Source: Acaryochloridaceae cyanobacterium OTE_75_metabat_521 (lineage in GTDB: Bacteria > Cyanobacteriota > Cyanobacteriia > Thermosynechococcales > Thermosynechococcaceae). From it: 64,000 nucleotides of DNA. The notes under the pieces were generated by a model, which worked only from the letters and a program-made list of their open reading frames with translations, had not been told where the DNA came from and searched no databases. The stretch is from positions 1 through 64,000 of the forward strand of contig JANNDV010000008.1 in the NCBI GenBank assembly GCA_031387975.1. The letters are read 5' to 3'. The translations under genes and the position numbers were made by a program. Below, one piece after another: positions 47,604-57,995 of this stretch (positions are counted from its first letter, which is position 1; each line of letters opens with the position of its first letter).

Positions 47604-47819
47604 TAACTGTTTTTACTTTTGGCTTTATGTTGGTCTTACTTTGGCTTTGTCTGGGCACAGGTTGCCTTGGGTAGTCTAATAACGGATACAGACGAGTGAG
47701 TTTGTCTTTAGAAACTGGGTTTTGCCCTAAAAATAGGGCTTAAACAAGGTTTAAATTGACAGACCTTCAATTTTCGCGTCAAGATTGAGATGTGTAACAT
47801 TACTTAAAGGCAAGCCGAA

Positions 47820-48467
47820 ATGTCCTTGGAGTTGATCCCCCTCGAACAGTTAGAAGAATTTGCCCGAACCTATGGTTACTGGGCGGTTCTGTTTGGGATC
47901 ATGCTCGAGAATCTAGGCATTCCTTTGCCTGGAGAGTCGATTGTCTTGGTCGGCGGTTTTTTGGCAGGTCGGGGAGACTTAGGCTTTTGGCAGGTTTTAG
48001 CCTGCGTTATTTTTGGCGGCGTTGTCGGCAACACCTTTGGCTATTGGGTGGGTGTCTACGGCGGTTGGCCTTTGGTATTACGGGTTAGCCGCTGGTTTCG
48101 GATCGATGAACAGAAGCTGCTGGATATTAAGCAGCGCTTTAGCTTAAACGCAGCGAGAGCGGTCTTCTTTGGACGCTTTATTACCCTTCTCCGGATCTTT
48201 GCAGGGCCGCTGGCGGGAATTGTTGAAATGCCCTTTGCACAGTTTATGCTCTACAACGTTTTGGGTGCTGTGCTGTGGTCTTCGGTGATGGTGAGCGGGG
48301 CTTATTTTGCGGGTCAGTGGGTGGACTTAACCCAGCTCATTAAATGGGTAAGCCAGTTTAGCGTGGTGGTACTGGGGGCGATCGCCGCTTGGTTCCTCGT
48401 ACCCATTGCGGTTAAGACCATTCGCAAGACTTGGTTTAAGCCCATCAGCGAATCTGAAACGCCTTAG
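47820..48467 (+). CDS. DedA/SNARE-associated family membrane protein
   Basis: 215 aa. GYWAVLFGIMLENLGIPLPGESIVLVGGFLAG is the characteristic DedA N-terminal motif. Confidence 0.75.
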   Translation: MSLELIPLEQLEEFARTYGYWAVLFGIMLENLGIPLPGESIVLVGGFLAGRGDLGFWQVLACVIFGGVVGNTFGYWVGVYGGWPLVLRVSRWFRIDEQKLLDIKQRFSLNAARAVFFGRFITLLRIFAGPLAGIVEMPFAQFMLYNVLGAVLWSSVMVSGAYFAGQWVDLTQLIKWVSQFSVVVLGAIAAWFLVPIAVKTIRKTWFKPISESETP

Positions 48468-48477
48468 AGAAAGCGCC

Positions 48478-48900
48478 ATGACGACAGTTGCAGAGCGGAT
48501 AGAGTCGCTAAAGGCAGGGCTGATTGCTGGCGGTATAGCAGCAGGGACAGAGGGCACTATTCAACTGGTTCAGCGTTTCTCTAGCATCAGTGGATTCGCC
48601 GCTGATGCATTAGACATGGGGTATTGGGTGGGTGTGGCGATCGCCGCTTTTTCAGGTTTCCTCTTTGGCGTGACCTGTCGCTATGCCATCCGCAAAGATG
48701 AAAACCCCCATCTGTCATCGGGGGTAGTGCTGGCCTTTGGGCTAGTGCGGGGGCTGGCGCAGGTGAATTGCACAGATTTGAGCGTTTCTGTCGTGCCACT
48801 GATCTTGTTTGCGGTACTGGAGAGCATTTTGCTGTTTGCCGTTGCCTACCTTGGGTTATCTATTGCAATGCGATTAAGCTGGGTTAAGCCTTGTCTATGA
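48478..48900 (+). CDS. Hypothetical membrane protein
   Basis: The probable start MTTVAERIESL lies 10 nt after the dedA stop (the ORF track starts earlier, inside dedA). Four hydrophobic segments. Confidence 0.35.
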   Translation: MTTVAERIESLKAGLIAGGIAAGTEGTIQLVQRFSSISGFAADALDMGYWVGVAIAAFSGFLFGVTCRYAIRKDENPHLSSGVVLAFGLVRGLAQVNCTDLSVSVVPLILFAVLESILLFAVAYLGLSIAMRLSWVKPCL

Positions 48901-49211
48901 GGATTTAGGCGGCTGCGCACCAAAGAACAGATTACCTCCAACAACTCAAAGCGCATGACGATGCTCAGTATATCTCCGAGCTTCAATTGGGGCAGAAGAC
49001 CATTCTCTAGCTACATCTCAAATAAATCTCGATTGCAGGTACCTTCAAACGTCATCGGAGCAAAGGTGCTTTTTTGTCTTAACGCAGCGATTTAACTGAC
49101 GCGTTCGGTGCGTTTGCCTGATTTGAGAGCATGGAAGCGTTCGCCAACTTCACAGTAACCATAAGGATAATTTTCTTGGTTATCACGTCCTATGACAGCC
49201 CCGTAGTGATA

Positions 49212-49787
49212 TTAGTTCAGGCTTAAGGGCTGCGTGAGCGCATTCGATTTCAACACCTTCGGGATTTCTGTAATAATCTGATGGGCGACTTCTTCTATAG
49301 AGATTTGGGGTTCTATTAACACCCGCAGATCGGCTTGGGCATATAAATGCTGTCGCTGTTGTAATAGATCTTCTAGCTTTTGCAGGGGATTGGAGTCTTG
49401 TAAAAGTGGACGAGACTGATCTTCTTTAAGTCGTTCCCACAGCGTTTGAGAGGATGCATCTAGCCAAACGACGATCCCATGATGGAGGTAGCTCCAGTTC
49501 ATTTGCTGGGTGACAATACCGCCCCCCGTTGCCACCACAAGGCGCGTATGGGCAGAAAGTTGACCTAAGGTTTGAGTCTCAATTTGCCGAAAGCCAGCCT
49601 CGCCAGAGTCTGCAAAAATCTCAGGGATGGAGAATCCGGTGGCTTGGGTAATAACGGCATCGGTATCAAAAAAGTGATAGCGAGGTAGCCGCTGGGCGAG
49701 CAGATGACCGACGGTGCTTTTACCCGCTCCCATCATACCGATCAGGTAAATATTGGCACCTTGTAGGCTCAATTCAAGGGCTGTCAT
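49212..49787 (-). CDS. aroK: Shikimate kinase
   Basis: [16 protein letters not shown]-loop. It overlaps the dapB stop. Confidence 0.85.
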   Translation of the reverse strand: MTALELSLQGANIYLIGMMGAGKSTVGHLLAQRLPRYHFFDTDAVITQATGFSIPEIFADSGEAGFRQIETQTLGQLSAHTRLVVATGGGIVTQQMNWSYLHHGIVVWLDASSQTLWERLKEDQSRPLLQDSNPLQKLEDLLQQRQHLYAQADLRVLIEPQISIEEVAHQIITEIPKVLKSNALTQPLSLN

Positions 49788-50605
49788 AGAATTTTCTCAA
49801 GGCCATAAACCAGGGTTTGGAGCTGAGTCACTTTACGAATAGAGAGCAATACCCCCGCCATATAGCAGGCGCGATCGCTGGTGTCGTGGCGCAGGGTATA
49901 GAGCTGCCCTGGCGCACCAAACAGCACTTCTTGATGAGCAATCAATCCTGGCAGCCGCACGCTGTGGATGCGGATGCCTTCGTCGGCGAGGCTCCCCCTT
50001 GCTCCAGCGATAAGCTCTTTTTCTTCGACCATTGCAGGGTTATAGGTTTTGCCGAGTTCTGCCAACATTTGAGCGGTTTGGATGGCTGTACCGCTGGGGG
50101 CATCGGCTTTTTGGTTGTGGTGAAGCTCAATAATTTCGACGTGGTCAAAGTACTGAGAGGCGGCGATCGCCGCTTGTTGCAGCAATACCATCCCAATCGA
50201 AAAGTTAGGAATCACCAGACAGCCTGTGCTGGCCTTGTCGGCAAAGGCACTTAAGGTGCCCAGCTGTGCGGCACTGAGTCCTGTGGTACCTACCACAGGG
50301 CGGATTCCGTAGGCGATCGCCGAGCGCACATTTTCGTACACTGCATTGGGGTGAGTAAAGTCCACCATGACGCCAAGCTGTTTTTCTTGGGCGGCTGCTA
50401 CCAACACAGATTCTAGGTCACTGAGCATCGGAATCTCTAATGGCTCAAGGCCACAAACCTCACCAATATCTTGACCTTGGAGTTCGGGGTTACGATCAAT
50501 CGCACCAAATAGAATCAAATCATCGGCTTGGGCAACGGCCTTAATGACCTCACGACCCATTTTGCCAGCCGCTCCGTTGACAATGACAGGAATTTTAAGG
50601 GTCAT
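49784..50605 (-). CDS. dapB: 4-hydroxy-tetrahydrodipicolinate reductase
   Basis: [20 protein letters not shown] Rossmann N-terminus. [18 protein letters not shown] is the DapB catalytic motif. Confidence 0.85.
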   Translation of the reverse strand: MTLKIPVIVNGAAGKMGREVIKAVAQADDLILFGAIDRNPELQGQDIGEVCGLEPLEIPMLSDLESVLVAAAQEKQLGVMVDFTHPNAVYENVRSAIAYGIRPVVGTTGLSAAQLGTLSAFADKASTGCLVIPNFSIGMVLLQQAAIAASQYFDHVEIIELHHNQKADAPSGTAIQTAQMLAELGKTYNPAMVEEKELIAGARGSLADEGIRIHSVRLPGLIAHQEVLFGAPGQLYTLRHDTSDRACYMAGVLLSIRKVTQLQTLVYGLEKIL

Positions 50606-50657
50606 GCTGAATTGCGTTCCTTTTTTGCAAACATAATTATCTTAATTGGATGACGCC

Positions 50658-53399
50658 CTAAAGATAATCTTTAACTTTTTGAGCCGCAATCATCATGAGC
50701 AACATAATGCCGATAAACGAACTGAAGATCAGTAAATGAGTCGTGATGTTGACATCAAAAGCTTGCCCAAATTTCTCTCTAATCCCATTAATATTACCTT
50801 CGGCTTCGCTAATCGCTCTGCTATTGTTTACACTCCAATCCGTATAGACCTTACTCCATTTTTTGCTATCGTCTGGGTATTTCTCTATATCTTTCTTGTA
50901 AGCAATCTGCTCTTCAGCAGTAGCATTTTCAGGGCGCGTTGGCTGCACAGGCTGTATTGGTTCTGGTTCGTCAATTGCAGCATTCTTAAATGCTCTTACT
51001 CCGGCAAAATTACACTGCTTAAATACATTTGTTCCCATGCAGTTGCAGTCTTTTTTATCCTCTTTGGTCAGAGCATCCCGTTCTTTTTTGGTTTCTAAAG
51101 CCCAACAACTTTTCTTGGCTGGATCTTTTCCGGTATCTCTAGCAACGTCTCTCCCAAAGGCTGTTAAAGTTACAAGGGTTTCAAAAGGCCATTTAGTAAG
51201 AGATGTATTGTTCAATAAAATTCCGGGTGGCCCAAAGGTTTGGATGGGCAGAACACCACCGCCAAACAAGATCTGAGGAATCAGGAGCATCAGCACCAGC
51301 ATCGGCGCAACGCTTTGATTGGGTGAAATCGCTGAACCCAACAGACCCATCATCATGCCGCTTAGGGTTGCTAAGGTGAGGGTTAAAAACATTCCACCAA
51401 TAAAGGCTGGGGTATGCGGTAGGTCGATGGCGAGATTTTTGAATAAGACGAAAATGATGCCTTGATAGATTGATAAAATCACCGCAACCCAGACTTTAGA
51501 AAAGACGTAGGGCGCAATTTGAAGACCAATCATTCGCTCTCGTTTATAGATATCCATCTCTTTGACGATCTCACGCATCATGGAGACGCTGCCCACCATG
51601 AGCGTGAGCAGAACGGAGGTAAATAACATCGAAATAGTCAGGCTGGGGTTGCCCTTATTAATGTCGAGCAGGGTGCTCGGCCATGCCACTTTATCCAATA
51701 ACCCCAGCATGGGCGCTACCGCCAGCATCAGCATGAGACTAATGCGATCCCGCGATAAAATCGCAAGATTTCGCTGAGACAAAATCATAAACTGTCGCCA
51801 GCTAGAGGTGCGCTTAACCTTTGCCCCAGACTCTACTTTGCGCTGACGTTTTTTATCTTTGAGATTATCACCTTTGACGTTCAGGGACTGCTGGCGGCTG
51901 ACGATATATTTTTGGTAATAGGGAGACTGAAGATATTTGTTCCGCCATTCCTCAGGCGATCGCTCATTTTCAACCTTTTTGTAAATATCATCAAATCCCT
52001 CCACCCCAAAATATTTAAGGGCTTCCTGGGGCGGCCCAAAGAAGGCCAAATTCCCCCCAGGAGCCATGAAGACCACTTGGTCGCAGAGTTTCACGTTTGT
52101 AGTGGCATGGGTAATCAGCAAAACGGTACGGCCTTGATCCGCCAGAACCCGTAACAGCTCCATGAGATCTTTCTCGGTGCCAGGGTCTAATCCAGAAGTG
52201 GCTTCATCTAGAAAGAACAGACTGGGTTTGGTCAGTAGCTCTACGCCAATGGAAACCCGCTTAAGCTGACCGCCGCTCAACTTCTTAATCTGGACATCCC
52301 GTCGCACCGTGAGGTTTAGCTCACCCATCACCTCTTCAACCCGCTGATGGCGTTCGGCACGGGTGGTGTCCATCGGCATGCGCAGCTTGGCCGCATACTG
52401 AAGCGACTCTTCGACGGTTAACTCCATGTGAACAATGTCCTTTTGGGGGACATAGCCAATCTCAGTCCGGTAGGCGTTGAAGTTTTTGTACAGATCGATG
52501 CCATTGACATAGACTGAACCGCTGGTGGCAGGCCGGAACCCACTGATGGCGTCCATTAACGTTGACTTACCGCCGCCGCTCACCCCTGCGATCGCCACAA
52601 ATTCTCTCGGCTGAATCGAGAGCGAAATATCGTTAAGTAAATTGAGTCCCTTTGCCACCACCTTATTGATACGTAGGGCATCAATGCGAAGGTTGCCTTC
52701 CTCATTGGTTTTGACAAGGGTTTCATCTACATTAAAGGCAAGCTGCGTTGAACCAATCCGAATCGTGTCTCCCACTTTAAGCGCATGGCTACCTGCCACT
52801 AGCTCACCATTGAGAAAGGTTCCGTTTGTGGAGTTGAGATCGTACAGAACGTAGTTTCCTTGTTCCAGCTTAATTTGGCTGTGGAACCGTGAAGACGAGG
52901 GGTGATTGATCACCAAATCATTCGTCGCGTCGCGTCCAATATTAAGAAGGTTGCGTCCCCGCAGATTCATGCGCTGAGAAGACTCCAGCGCTTGGACGGG
53001 GAACGCATTAAACGGCAACACAACCGTTTTGTCAGAAGGCGGCAAATTATTGGGGGCTGGAGGCGCTGACACGGGAACGGCAGCCTCCGTTGCCTTAAAC
53101 GCAAACTGACAGACAGACCCAATTAAGATCTGGTCTCCATCTTTAAGTGGGTGTGGAATATACGCCTGAATGCGCTGGTTATTTAAGTAAGTGCCATCGG
53201 AACTGCCAACATCCGTTAAAAGGTAAACGCCATTCCCTAGGGCAACTTGGGCATGATGTCGAGATACCGTCAGGTCATCGCTAAGACAGAGAAGGTTATC
53301 GGGCGCACGCCCAATGGTGACAATGGTTTCATTCAGCCATAGATCTTGAAAAAACTGACCTTCGCTGTGAATGACAAGTTTGGCATTGGTTTGGGACAT
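50658..53399 (-). CDS. FHA-FHA-ABC(G-type) transporter: two N-terminal FHA domains, NBD, C-terminal ABC-2-like TMD with Cys-rich extracytoplasmic insert
   Basis: 913 aa. FHA-like TIGRAPDNLLCLSDDLTVSRHHAQV...SDGTYLNNQRI and IGRDATNDLVINHPSSSRFHSQIKL...NGTFLNGELV. NBD motifs GVSGGGKSTL and LSGGQLKRVSIGVELL, with Walker B FLDEATSGLD. The membrane domain carries CNCMGTNVFKQC. Confidence 0.8.
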   Translation of the reverse strand: MSQTNAKLVIHSEGQFFQDLWLNETIVTIGRAPDNLLCLSDDLTVSRHHAQVALGNGVYLLTDVGSSDGTYLNNQRIQAYIPHPLKDGDQILIGSVCQFAFKATEAAVPVSAPPAPNNLPPSDKTVVLPFNAFPVQALESSQRMNLRGRNLLNIGRDATNDLVINHPSSSRFHSQIKLEQGNYVLYDLNSTNGTFLNGELVAGSHALKVGDTIRIGSTQLAFNVDETLVKTNEEGNLRIDALRINKVVAKGLNLLNDISLSIQPREFVAIAGVSGGGKSTLMDAISGFRPATSGSVYVNGIDLYKNFNAYRTEIGYVPQKDIVHMELTVEESLQYAAKLRMPMDTTRAERHQRVEEVMGELNLTVRRDVQIKKLSGGQLKRVSIGVELLTKPSLFFLDEATSGLDPGTEKDLMELLRVLADQGRTVLLITHATTNVKLCDQVVFMAPGGNLAFFGPPQEALKYFGVEGFDDIYKKVENERSPEEWRNKYLQSPYYQKYIVSRQQSLNVKGDNLKDKKRQRKVESGAKVKRTSSWRQFMILSQRNLAILSRDRISLMLMLAVAPMLGLLDKVAWPSTLLDINKGNPSLTISMLFTSVLLTLMVGSVSMMREIVKEMDIYKRERMIGLQIAPYVFSKVWVAVILSIYQGIIFVLFKNLAIDLPHTPAFIGGMFLTLTLATLSGMMMGLLGSAISPNQSVAPMLVLMLLIPQILFGGGVLPIQTFGPPGILLNNTSLTKWPFETLVTLTAFGRDVARDTGKDPAKKSCWALETKKERDALTKEDKKDCNCMGTNVFKQCNFAGVRAFKNAAIDEPEPIQPVQPTRPENATAEEQIAYKKDIEKYPDDSKKWSKVYTDWSVNNSRAISEAEGNINGIREKFGQAFDVNITTHLLIFSSFIGIMLLMMIAAQKVKDYL

Positions 53400-53656
53400 T
53401 GGTGTGTCGATACCTTTAACACAATTATTTTTTATCCCTGAAAGATTTTCTAGGGATTTTTCGCTGAACTTATCTTGACAGAAGTTTATCTATTTCGATA
53501 CTGGCTTATTCTTGCACTTTATGTATTTTATTTCTGAAGCTGTAAAGCGATCATTGACTTGAGCGGCAGCAAGAAAATTTGTGCCCGCCTGAGGAATTAC
53601 CTACAAACAGTGTTTAATGGGGTTAATCTTGACCTCTTCGCCTCTGTGAGACGCTC

Positions 53657-56413
53657 ATGACGTCTAGCCTAGCCCGTTTGCAAATCTTGTCAGATTCTGG
53701 TGATGATCAGCGTCAAATACCGCTACATCCCCAGAGCGTTACCTTAGGCCGTGGCTACGATAATCACTTAGTGATTAATGAAACCTTTGTCTCTCGCTAC
53801 CATGCCCGTATTGACCGAGGCGAAAACGGATACACCATTATCGACCTGGGTAGCGCCAACGGCACTAAGGTGAATGACCAAAACATTACGCCCCAGGTGC
53901 CGCTACCGCTAAATCATGGCGATCGCATCGAGATTGGCGGCCTAAAAGTCTCTTTTTTAGTCAACGAAGCTACTGCCATCGCGCCCAGCGATTTAACGTC
54001 TCAACGGACTGTCCTGGCACCGACAGACATGGATTCGAGGCTAAAGTTAGGCGTACCGCCTGAAACGCTGTCATTAAGGGGGCGCGATAGCTTTACGATG
54101 GGTCGTGATCCTAAAAACGATCTCTCTATTCCCCATCCCATCGTCTCTCGTTTCCATGTCCGTATTCATCGGCGAGATGGTGCATTTATTATTACTGACC
54201 TCAACTCCAGTAACGGCACCTTCGTCAACGGTAAAGCGGTCAAAGGCTCGGTTGCCCTACGCCCCAACGATACGATTCAGGTGGGTCCTTGCAGCCTTGT
54301 TCTCAACCTCAACGAAACACTGACGCAGAATTTTGAAGAAGGCAATCTGCGGCTAGACGGCGTTCGACTGGGTAAGGTGGTGGGCAAAAATGTGAAACTG
54401 CTCAATGATGTTTCGCTCTCCATTTTGCCCCGAGAATTTGTGGCGCTGCTTGGCTCTAGTGGGAGTGGTAAATCAACGCTTCTAGACGCTTTGAATGGGC
54501 TTAGACCCGCTACTTCGGGTCAGGTACTCGTGAATGGCATGGATTTGTACAAAAACTTCCAAGTTTTTGCCACCCAAATGGGCTACGTGCCTCAGCAAAA
54601 TATCATCCATGCCGATCTCACGGTCGAACAGGCCATGTCTTTTGCGGCCCAGATGCGGATGCCGTCAGACACCACCCCCGCCGAACGTCAGCAGCGCATC
54701 CATGAGGTTTTGGATGACGTTGGGCTGTCTCACCGACGTAAGGTGCAAATTAAGCTCCTGAGTGGCGGTCAGCAGCGGCGGGTTTCGATTGGTGTGGAGC
54801 TGCTCAATAAGCCCAGCCTTTTCTTTTTGGATGAGGCTACCTCTGGGCTAGACCCTGGCACCGAGGCAGACATGATGGTGCTGTTGCGACAGTTGGCCGA
54901 CCAGGGGCGCACTATTCTGCTGATTACCCACGCCACCCAAAATATTCGGCAGTGCGATCTGGTGCTGTACCTGGCGGAGGGGGGGCGGATGGCCTACTTT
55001 GGCCCACCGGACAAAATCCTAGAATACTTCCGACATTACTTCCCCAAGGAATGCGAAGGGTTTGGGCTAGATGATTTCTCTGGCATTTATCGCTTTCTAG
55101 ACCCAGAGAAAAATCCTCAGGCTCCATCGGCAGAGCGCCTAGAGCAGCAGTTCCGCGACTCGCCGCTGTACCAACAGTATGTGGTTGAGCGTCAGCGCGA
55201 AGTGTTGCCCAATGCAGAAGAACGCTCTGCGAAAGTTGGCCGCAGGGCTGGCGGTAAGGCTGGCGGCAAAAGCAAGGTTCAAAATCGGATTTCGGGTTGG
55301 CGACAGTTCAGAATTTTGTCTTCGCGCAATTTGGCGGTGTTGGCAAAGGATAAGGCGACGCTGGCGCTCATGTTTGCGATCGCCCCGCTCCTCGGCATGC
55401 TGGACTTTATCACCTGGAAGTCTGACCTTTTCAGTGTTCAAAACGGCAGCGCTACCCAGTCCACTACCATGCTCTTTGTCAGCGCCCTGATTGCGGTGAT
55501 GATTGGCGAAATTACGACCATGAATGAGCTGGTCAAGGAAGATGAAATCTACCGTCGGGAACGACTGTATGGACTCAAGGTCGTGCCTTATATTTTGTCA
55601 AAGGTGTGGATTGCCTTTTTGTTTTCGGTGTATCAAGGGGCGGCGTACCTGCTCGTCAAGATGATTGCGGTGCAGTTCCCGGGTGGTTGGGAGGTGCTAT
55701 TCCATTTTTACCTAGACTTCACCATTGCCATTATGGCAGGGGCAATGCTGGGGCTGTTGGTGTCGGCAATCGCCCCCAACCAAAGCATGTCTCCGTTACT
55801 CATGATTATGGTGCTGGTGCCCCAGATTATCTTTAGCGGTGGCATCCAGCCCGCCAGCAACTTTGGGCCACCGGGTCAGCTCCTCAACCGAGTCAATGTG
55901 ATCAAATGGCCCTTTGAGCTGCTGGTGACGCATTCCGGCTTAGGGCAAGATGTGGCGAAAGATCCCTGTCTCAAAAAGACAACCGATGAGCGCGAAAAAT
56001 TTACGGCGGCAGAGTTAGAGCAATGTCAGTGCATTGGACCAAACGTCTTTAAAAGCTGCCGTTTTCCAGGCATCTTAACCAAATATGTGCCTGAAATTGA
56101 TCAGACCGAACCGTTACAGCCAAAGCTAGCGAAGCCCCCCAGCGATCCATCACCGGAGGCTCAACTCGCCTCTCAAAAAAAGGCAGCGATATTTCAGGTC
56201 AAGCTTAAAGCGTGGCAAAAAGACTATCAAACCTGGCAGCAAAAACGCCAAAAAGCCATCAGCGAAGCCGAAGGGGTCATCACCAAAACTTACGATGAAT
56301 TGGGCTATCTCTTTAACATCAATCCATTAGCTCACTTTGCCACTCAGGGGCTACTCATCCTCAGCATTCTGATTGCGCTGCCGTTTGTGCAAAAGCGCAA
56401 AGACGCAGTGTAA
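53657..56413 (+). CDS. FHA-FHA-ABC(G-type) transporter, divergent paralog of 50658..53399
   Basis: 918 aa with the same architecture. FHA: LGRGYDNHLVINETFVSRYHARI...NGTKVNDQNI and MGRDPKNDLSIPHPIVSRFHVRI...NGTFVNGKAV. NBD: GSSGSGKSTL and LSGGQQRRVSIGVELL. The TMD carries CQCIGPNVFKSC. It is divergently transcribed from its paralog across a ~260-bp intergenic region. Confidence 0.8.
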   Translation: MTSSLARLQILSDSGDDQRQIPLHPQSVTLGRGYDNHLVINETFVSRYHARIDRGENGYTIIDLGSANGTKVNDQNITPQVPLPLNHGDRIEIGGLKVSFLVNEATAIAPSDLTSQRTVLAPTDMDSRLKLGVPPETLSLRGRDSFTMGRDPKNDLSIPHPIVSRFHVRIHRRDGAFIITDLNSSNGTFVNGKAVKGSVALRPNDTIQVGPCSLVLNLNETLTQNFEEGNLRLDGVRLGKVVGKNVKLLNDVSLSILPREFVALLGSSGSGKSTLLDALNGLRPATSGQVLVNGMDLYKNFQVFATQMGYVPQQNIIHADLTVEQAMSFAAQMRMPSDTTPAERQQRIHEVLDDVGLSHRRKVQIKLLSGGQQRRVSIGVELLNKPSLFFLDEATSGLDPGTEADMMVLLRQLADQGRTILLITHATQNIRQCDLVLYLAEGGRMAYFGPPDKILEYFRHYFPKECEGFGLDDFSGIYRFLDPEKNPQAPSAERLEQQFRDSPLYQQYVVERQREVLPNAEERSAKVGRRAGGKAGGKSKVQNRISGWRQFRILSSRNLAVLAKDKATLALMFAIAPLLGMLDFITWKSDLFSVQNGSATQSTTMLFVSALIAVMIGEITTMNELVKEDEIYRRERLYGLKVVPYILSKVWIAFLFSVYQGAAYLLVKMIAVQFPGGWEVLFHFYLDFTIAIMAGAMLGLLVSAIAPNQSMSPLLMIMVLVPQIIFSGGIQPASNFGPPGQLLNRVNVIKWPFELLVTHSGLGQDVAKDPCLKKTTDEREKFTAAELEQCQCIGPNVFKSCRFPGILTKYVPEIDQTEPLQPKLAKPPSDPSPEAQLASQKKAAIFQVKLKAWQKDYQTWQQKRQKAISEAEGVITKTYDELGYLFNINPLAHFATQGLLILSILIALPFVQKRKDAV

Positions 56414-56421
56414 GCCAGCTT

Positions 56422-56829
56422 CTAATGGTCTTTCCCTTTCCATTCTCCGCTGGCAATCCATCTGCCGTCATACTGCTCAACCTTGGGCAGCGTCATAAAA
56501 TAAGTCCAGGCTAAATCCAGCGATCGCCCTTCCGCTTCAAACACCTCAACTTCTCGGCGCTGGTACTCATTTTGAGCTTCAGCACGATGCGGCTGATAAT
56601 CTTCTAGCCCGTCTAATGCTGCCAAAATGCTTTCGTCCGCCAGCTCTAGTAAATAGCCTTTGACCCACATCTCACCCAAGGTCATACCAGGGTAGCCTAG
56701 CGAGAGTTCAAAGAGTTTGCCCCGCACTTGGGCTGGTAGAGGAGAGGCTAGGGTGCGATCGCCCCCACAATAGCGTTCAAAATTGACCTGTCCAGGCTTC
56801 AGCGTCCCGTAGACAAACACCCTTAGCAT
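56422..56829 (-). CDS. Gamma-glutamyl cyclotransferase-like (AIG2/GGCT fold)
   Basis: MLRVFVYGTLKPGQVNFERY is the canonical YGTL N-terminus. Confidence 0.7.
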   Translation of the reverse strand: MLRVFVYGTLKPGQVNFERYCGGDRTLASPLPAQVRGKLFELSLGYPGMTLGEMWVKGYLLELADESILAALDGLEDYQPHRAEAQNEYQRREVEVFEAEGRSLDLAWTYFMTLPKVEQYDGRWIASGEWKGKDH

Positions 56830-56831
56830 GG

Positions 56832-57782
56832 CTAATTGTCGGCCTTCACCACATCTAATAATTCGAGAGTAGACACATTGCGGATATCAAACGTGATGAC
56901 ATCGGGATGATCGGGAAGCCTCAGCTCTCCTAACCCAATCCAGCCTTGATGCTGCAACACATACTCTTCGCGATGAATAAAGGCTTGAGTTTGGTCTTTT
57001 GCCACAATAAACGTGCCGTTGGTACTTTGGTCAATCAGCACAAACTTTCCCTTACGAAAAATAATTTGCACATGGTGGCGAGAGGTATAGTCATCGCAAA
57101 TCGACAGATCGTTCTCTGAGTTGCGTCCAATCGTAAAACCGCTTTGCTCGGGCCTCAGCTGTACCACCTGATCATGGTGCTTGAGCTGAAGCACGATTGT
57201 AAACACGGCAGTGTTTGGAATGTAGGTTCTCGCCGTTGTTAATTCTCGCCGCTCCCAAATAATTTGATGTACGCTAATGCGCCCGGTCTTACCAGGGCTG
57301 GGGATGCGCTCCATCGGTCGCGTTTGCATCTGAAGCGGAACCGACAGTGCCTGTACCGTTTCTTGACTCGTGAGAATCTGACCTGATTGTGCAAAGGCTA
57401 CGATTCGCGCAGCGGCATTAACCGTACCGCCAAAGATATCATCATTTTCTGTGATAACGGAGCCAAAGTTTAGCCCAATTCTTAAACCCAACTGAAGATC
57501 GTTAGTGGCGGCATACTGCGTGATGTTTTCCTGCATCTTGCAAGCCGCCCACACGGTCTTGTCCACCTGGGGAAAAATCGCCATAATCTCATCCCCAATC
57601 ACTTTAATCACCTGACCCTCGTGCTGCTGCACGATCTCAGTCAAACGCGTTAAGCAATTTTCGATAATGGTCTTAGCGGCTTCATCCCCCAGAACTTCGT
57701 AAAGTCTGGAGCTACGGCTAATGTCGGCAAACAGAACGGTTTGAAACAAGCTCATAGCCAGGTCACGCGCGAAAGCCGGCAA
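56832..57782 (-). CDS. Class III adenylate/guanylate cyclase fused to C-terminal FHA domain
   Basis: The N-terminal CHD is VLFADISRSSRLYEVLGDEAAKTIIENCLTRLTEIVQQHEGQVIKVIGDEIMAIF...GLNFGSV. The C-terminal FHA is FTIGRNSENDLSICDDYTSRHHVQIIFRKGKFVLIDQSTNGTFI. Confidence 0.7.
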   Translation of the reverse strand: MPAFARDLAMSLFQTVLFADISRSSRLYEVLGDEAAKTIIENCLTRLTEIVQQHEGQVIKVIGDEIMAIFPQVDKTVWAACKMQENITQYAATNDLQLGLRIGLNFGSVITENDDIFGGTVNAAARIVAFAQSGQILTSQETVQALSVPLQMQTRPMERIPSPGKTGRISVHQIIWERRELTTARTYIPNTAVFTIVLQLKHHDQVVQLRPEQSGFTIGRNSENDLSICDDYTSRHHVQIIFRKGKFVLIDQSTNGTFIVAKDQTQAFIHREEYVLQHQGWIGLGELRLPDHPDVITFDIRNVSTLELLDVVKADN

Positions 57783-57995
57783 ACGTTAGCGCTCATCCAC
57801 CCACCCTTGCCAGATAAAGTCTGTTGACGACAGCTGCAAATGGGGTCAATCTTTGGCTTCATGTTAAAGAAAGGCACAAGTTTATAGGTGAATCATCCAG
57901 GGTTAAAAGGGAAGATTCGTCACCGATAGCCTCTAAAACAATAGCCTATTCACCCTGCCTGTGTCAGTAGCTTAGGGTCAGTAGATTAGGCTGTT

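Noticed and set aside
48990-49090. Weak hairpin (gagcaaaggtgcttttttg) as terminator after 48478..48900
   Set aside because: The stem is only 3-4 bp and the A/T tract sits on the wrong side for a convincing intrinsic terminator.
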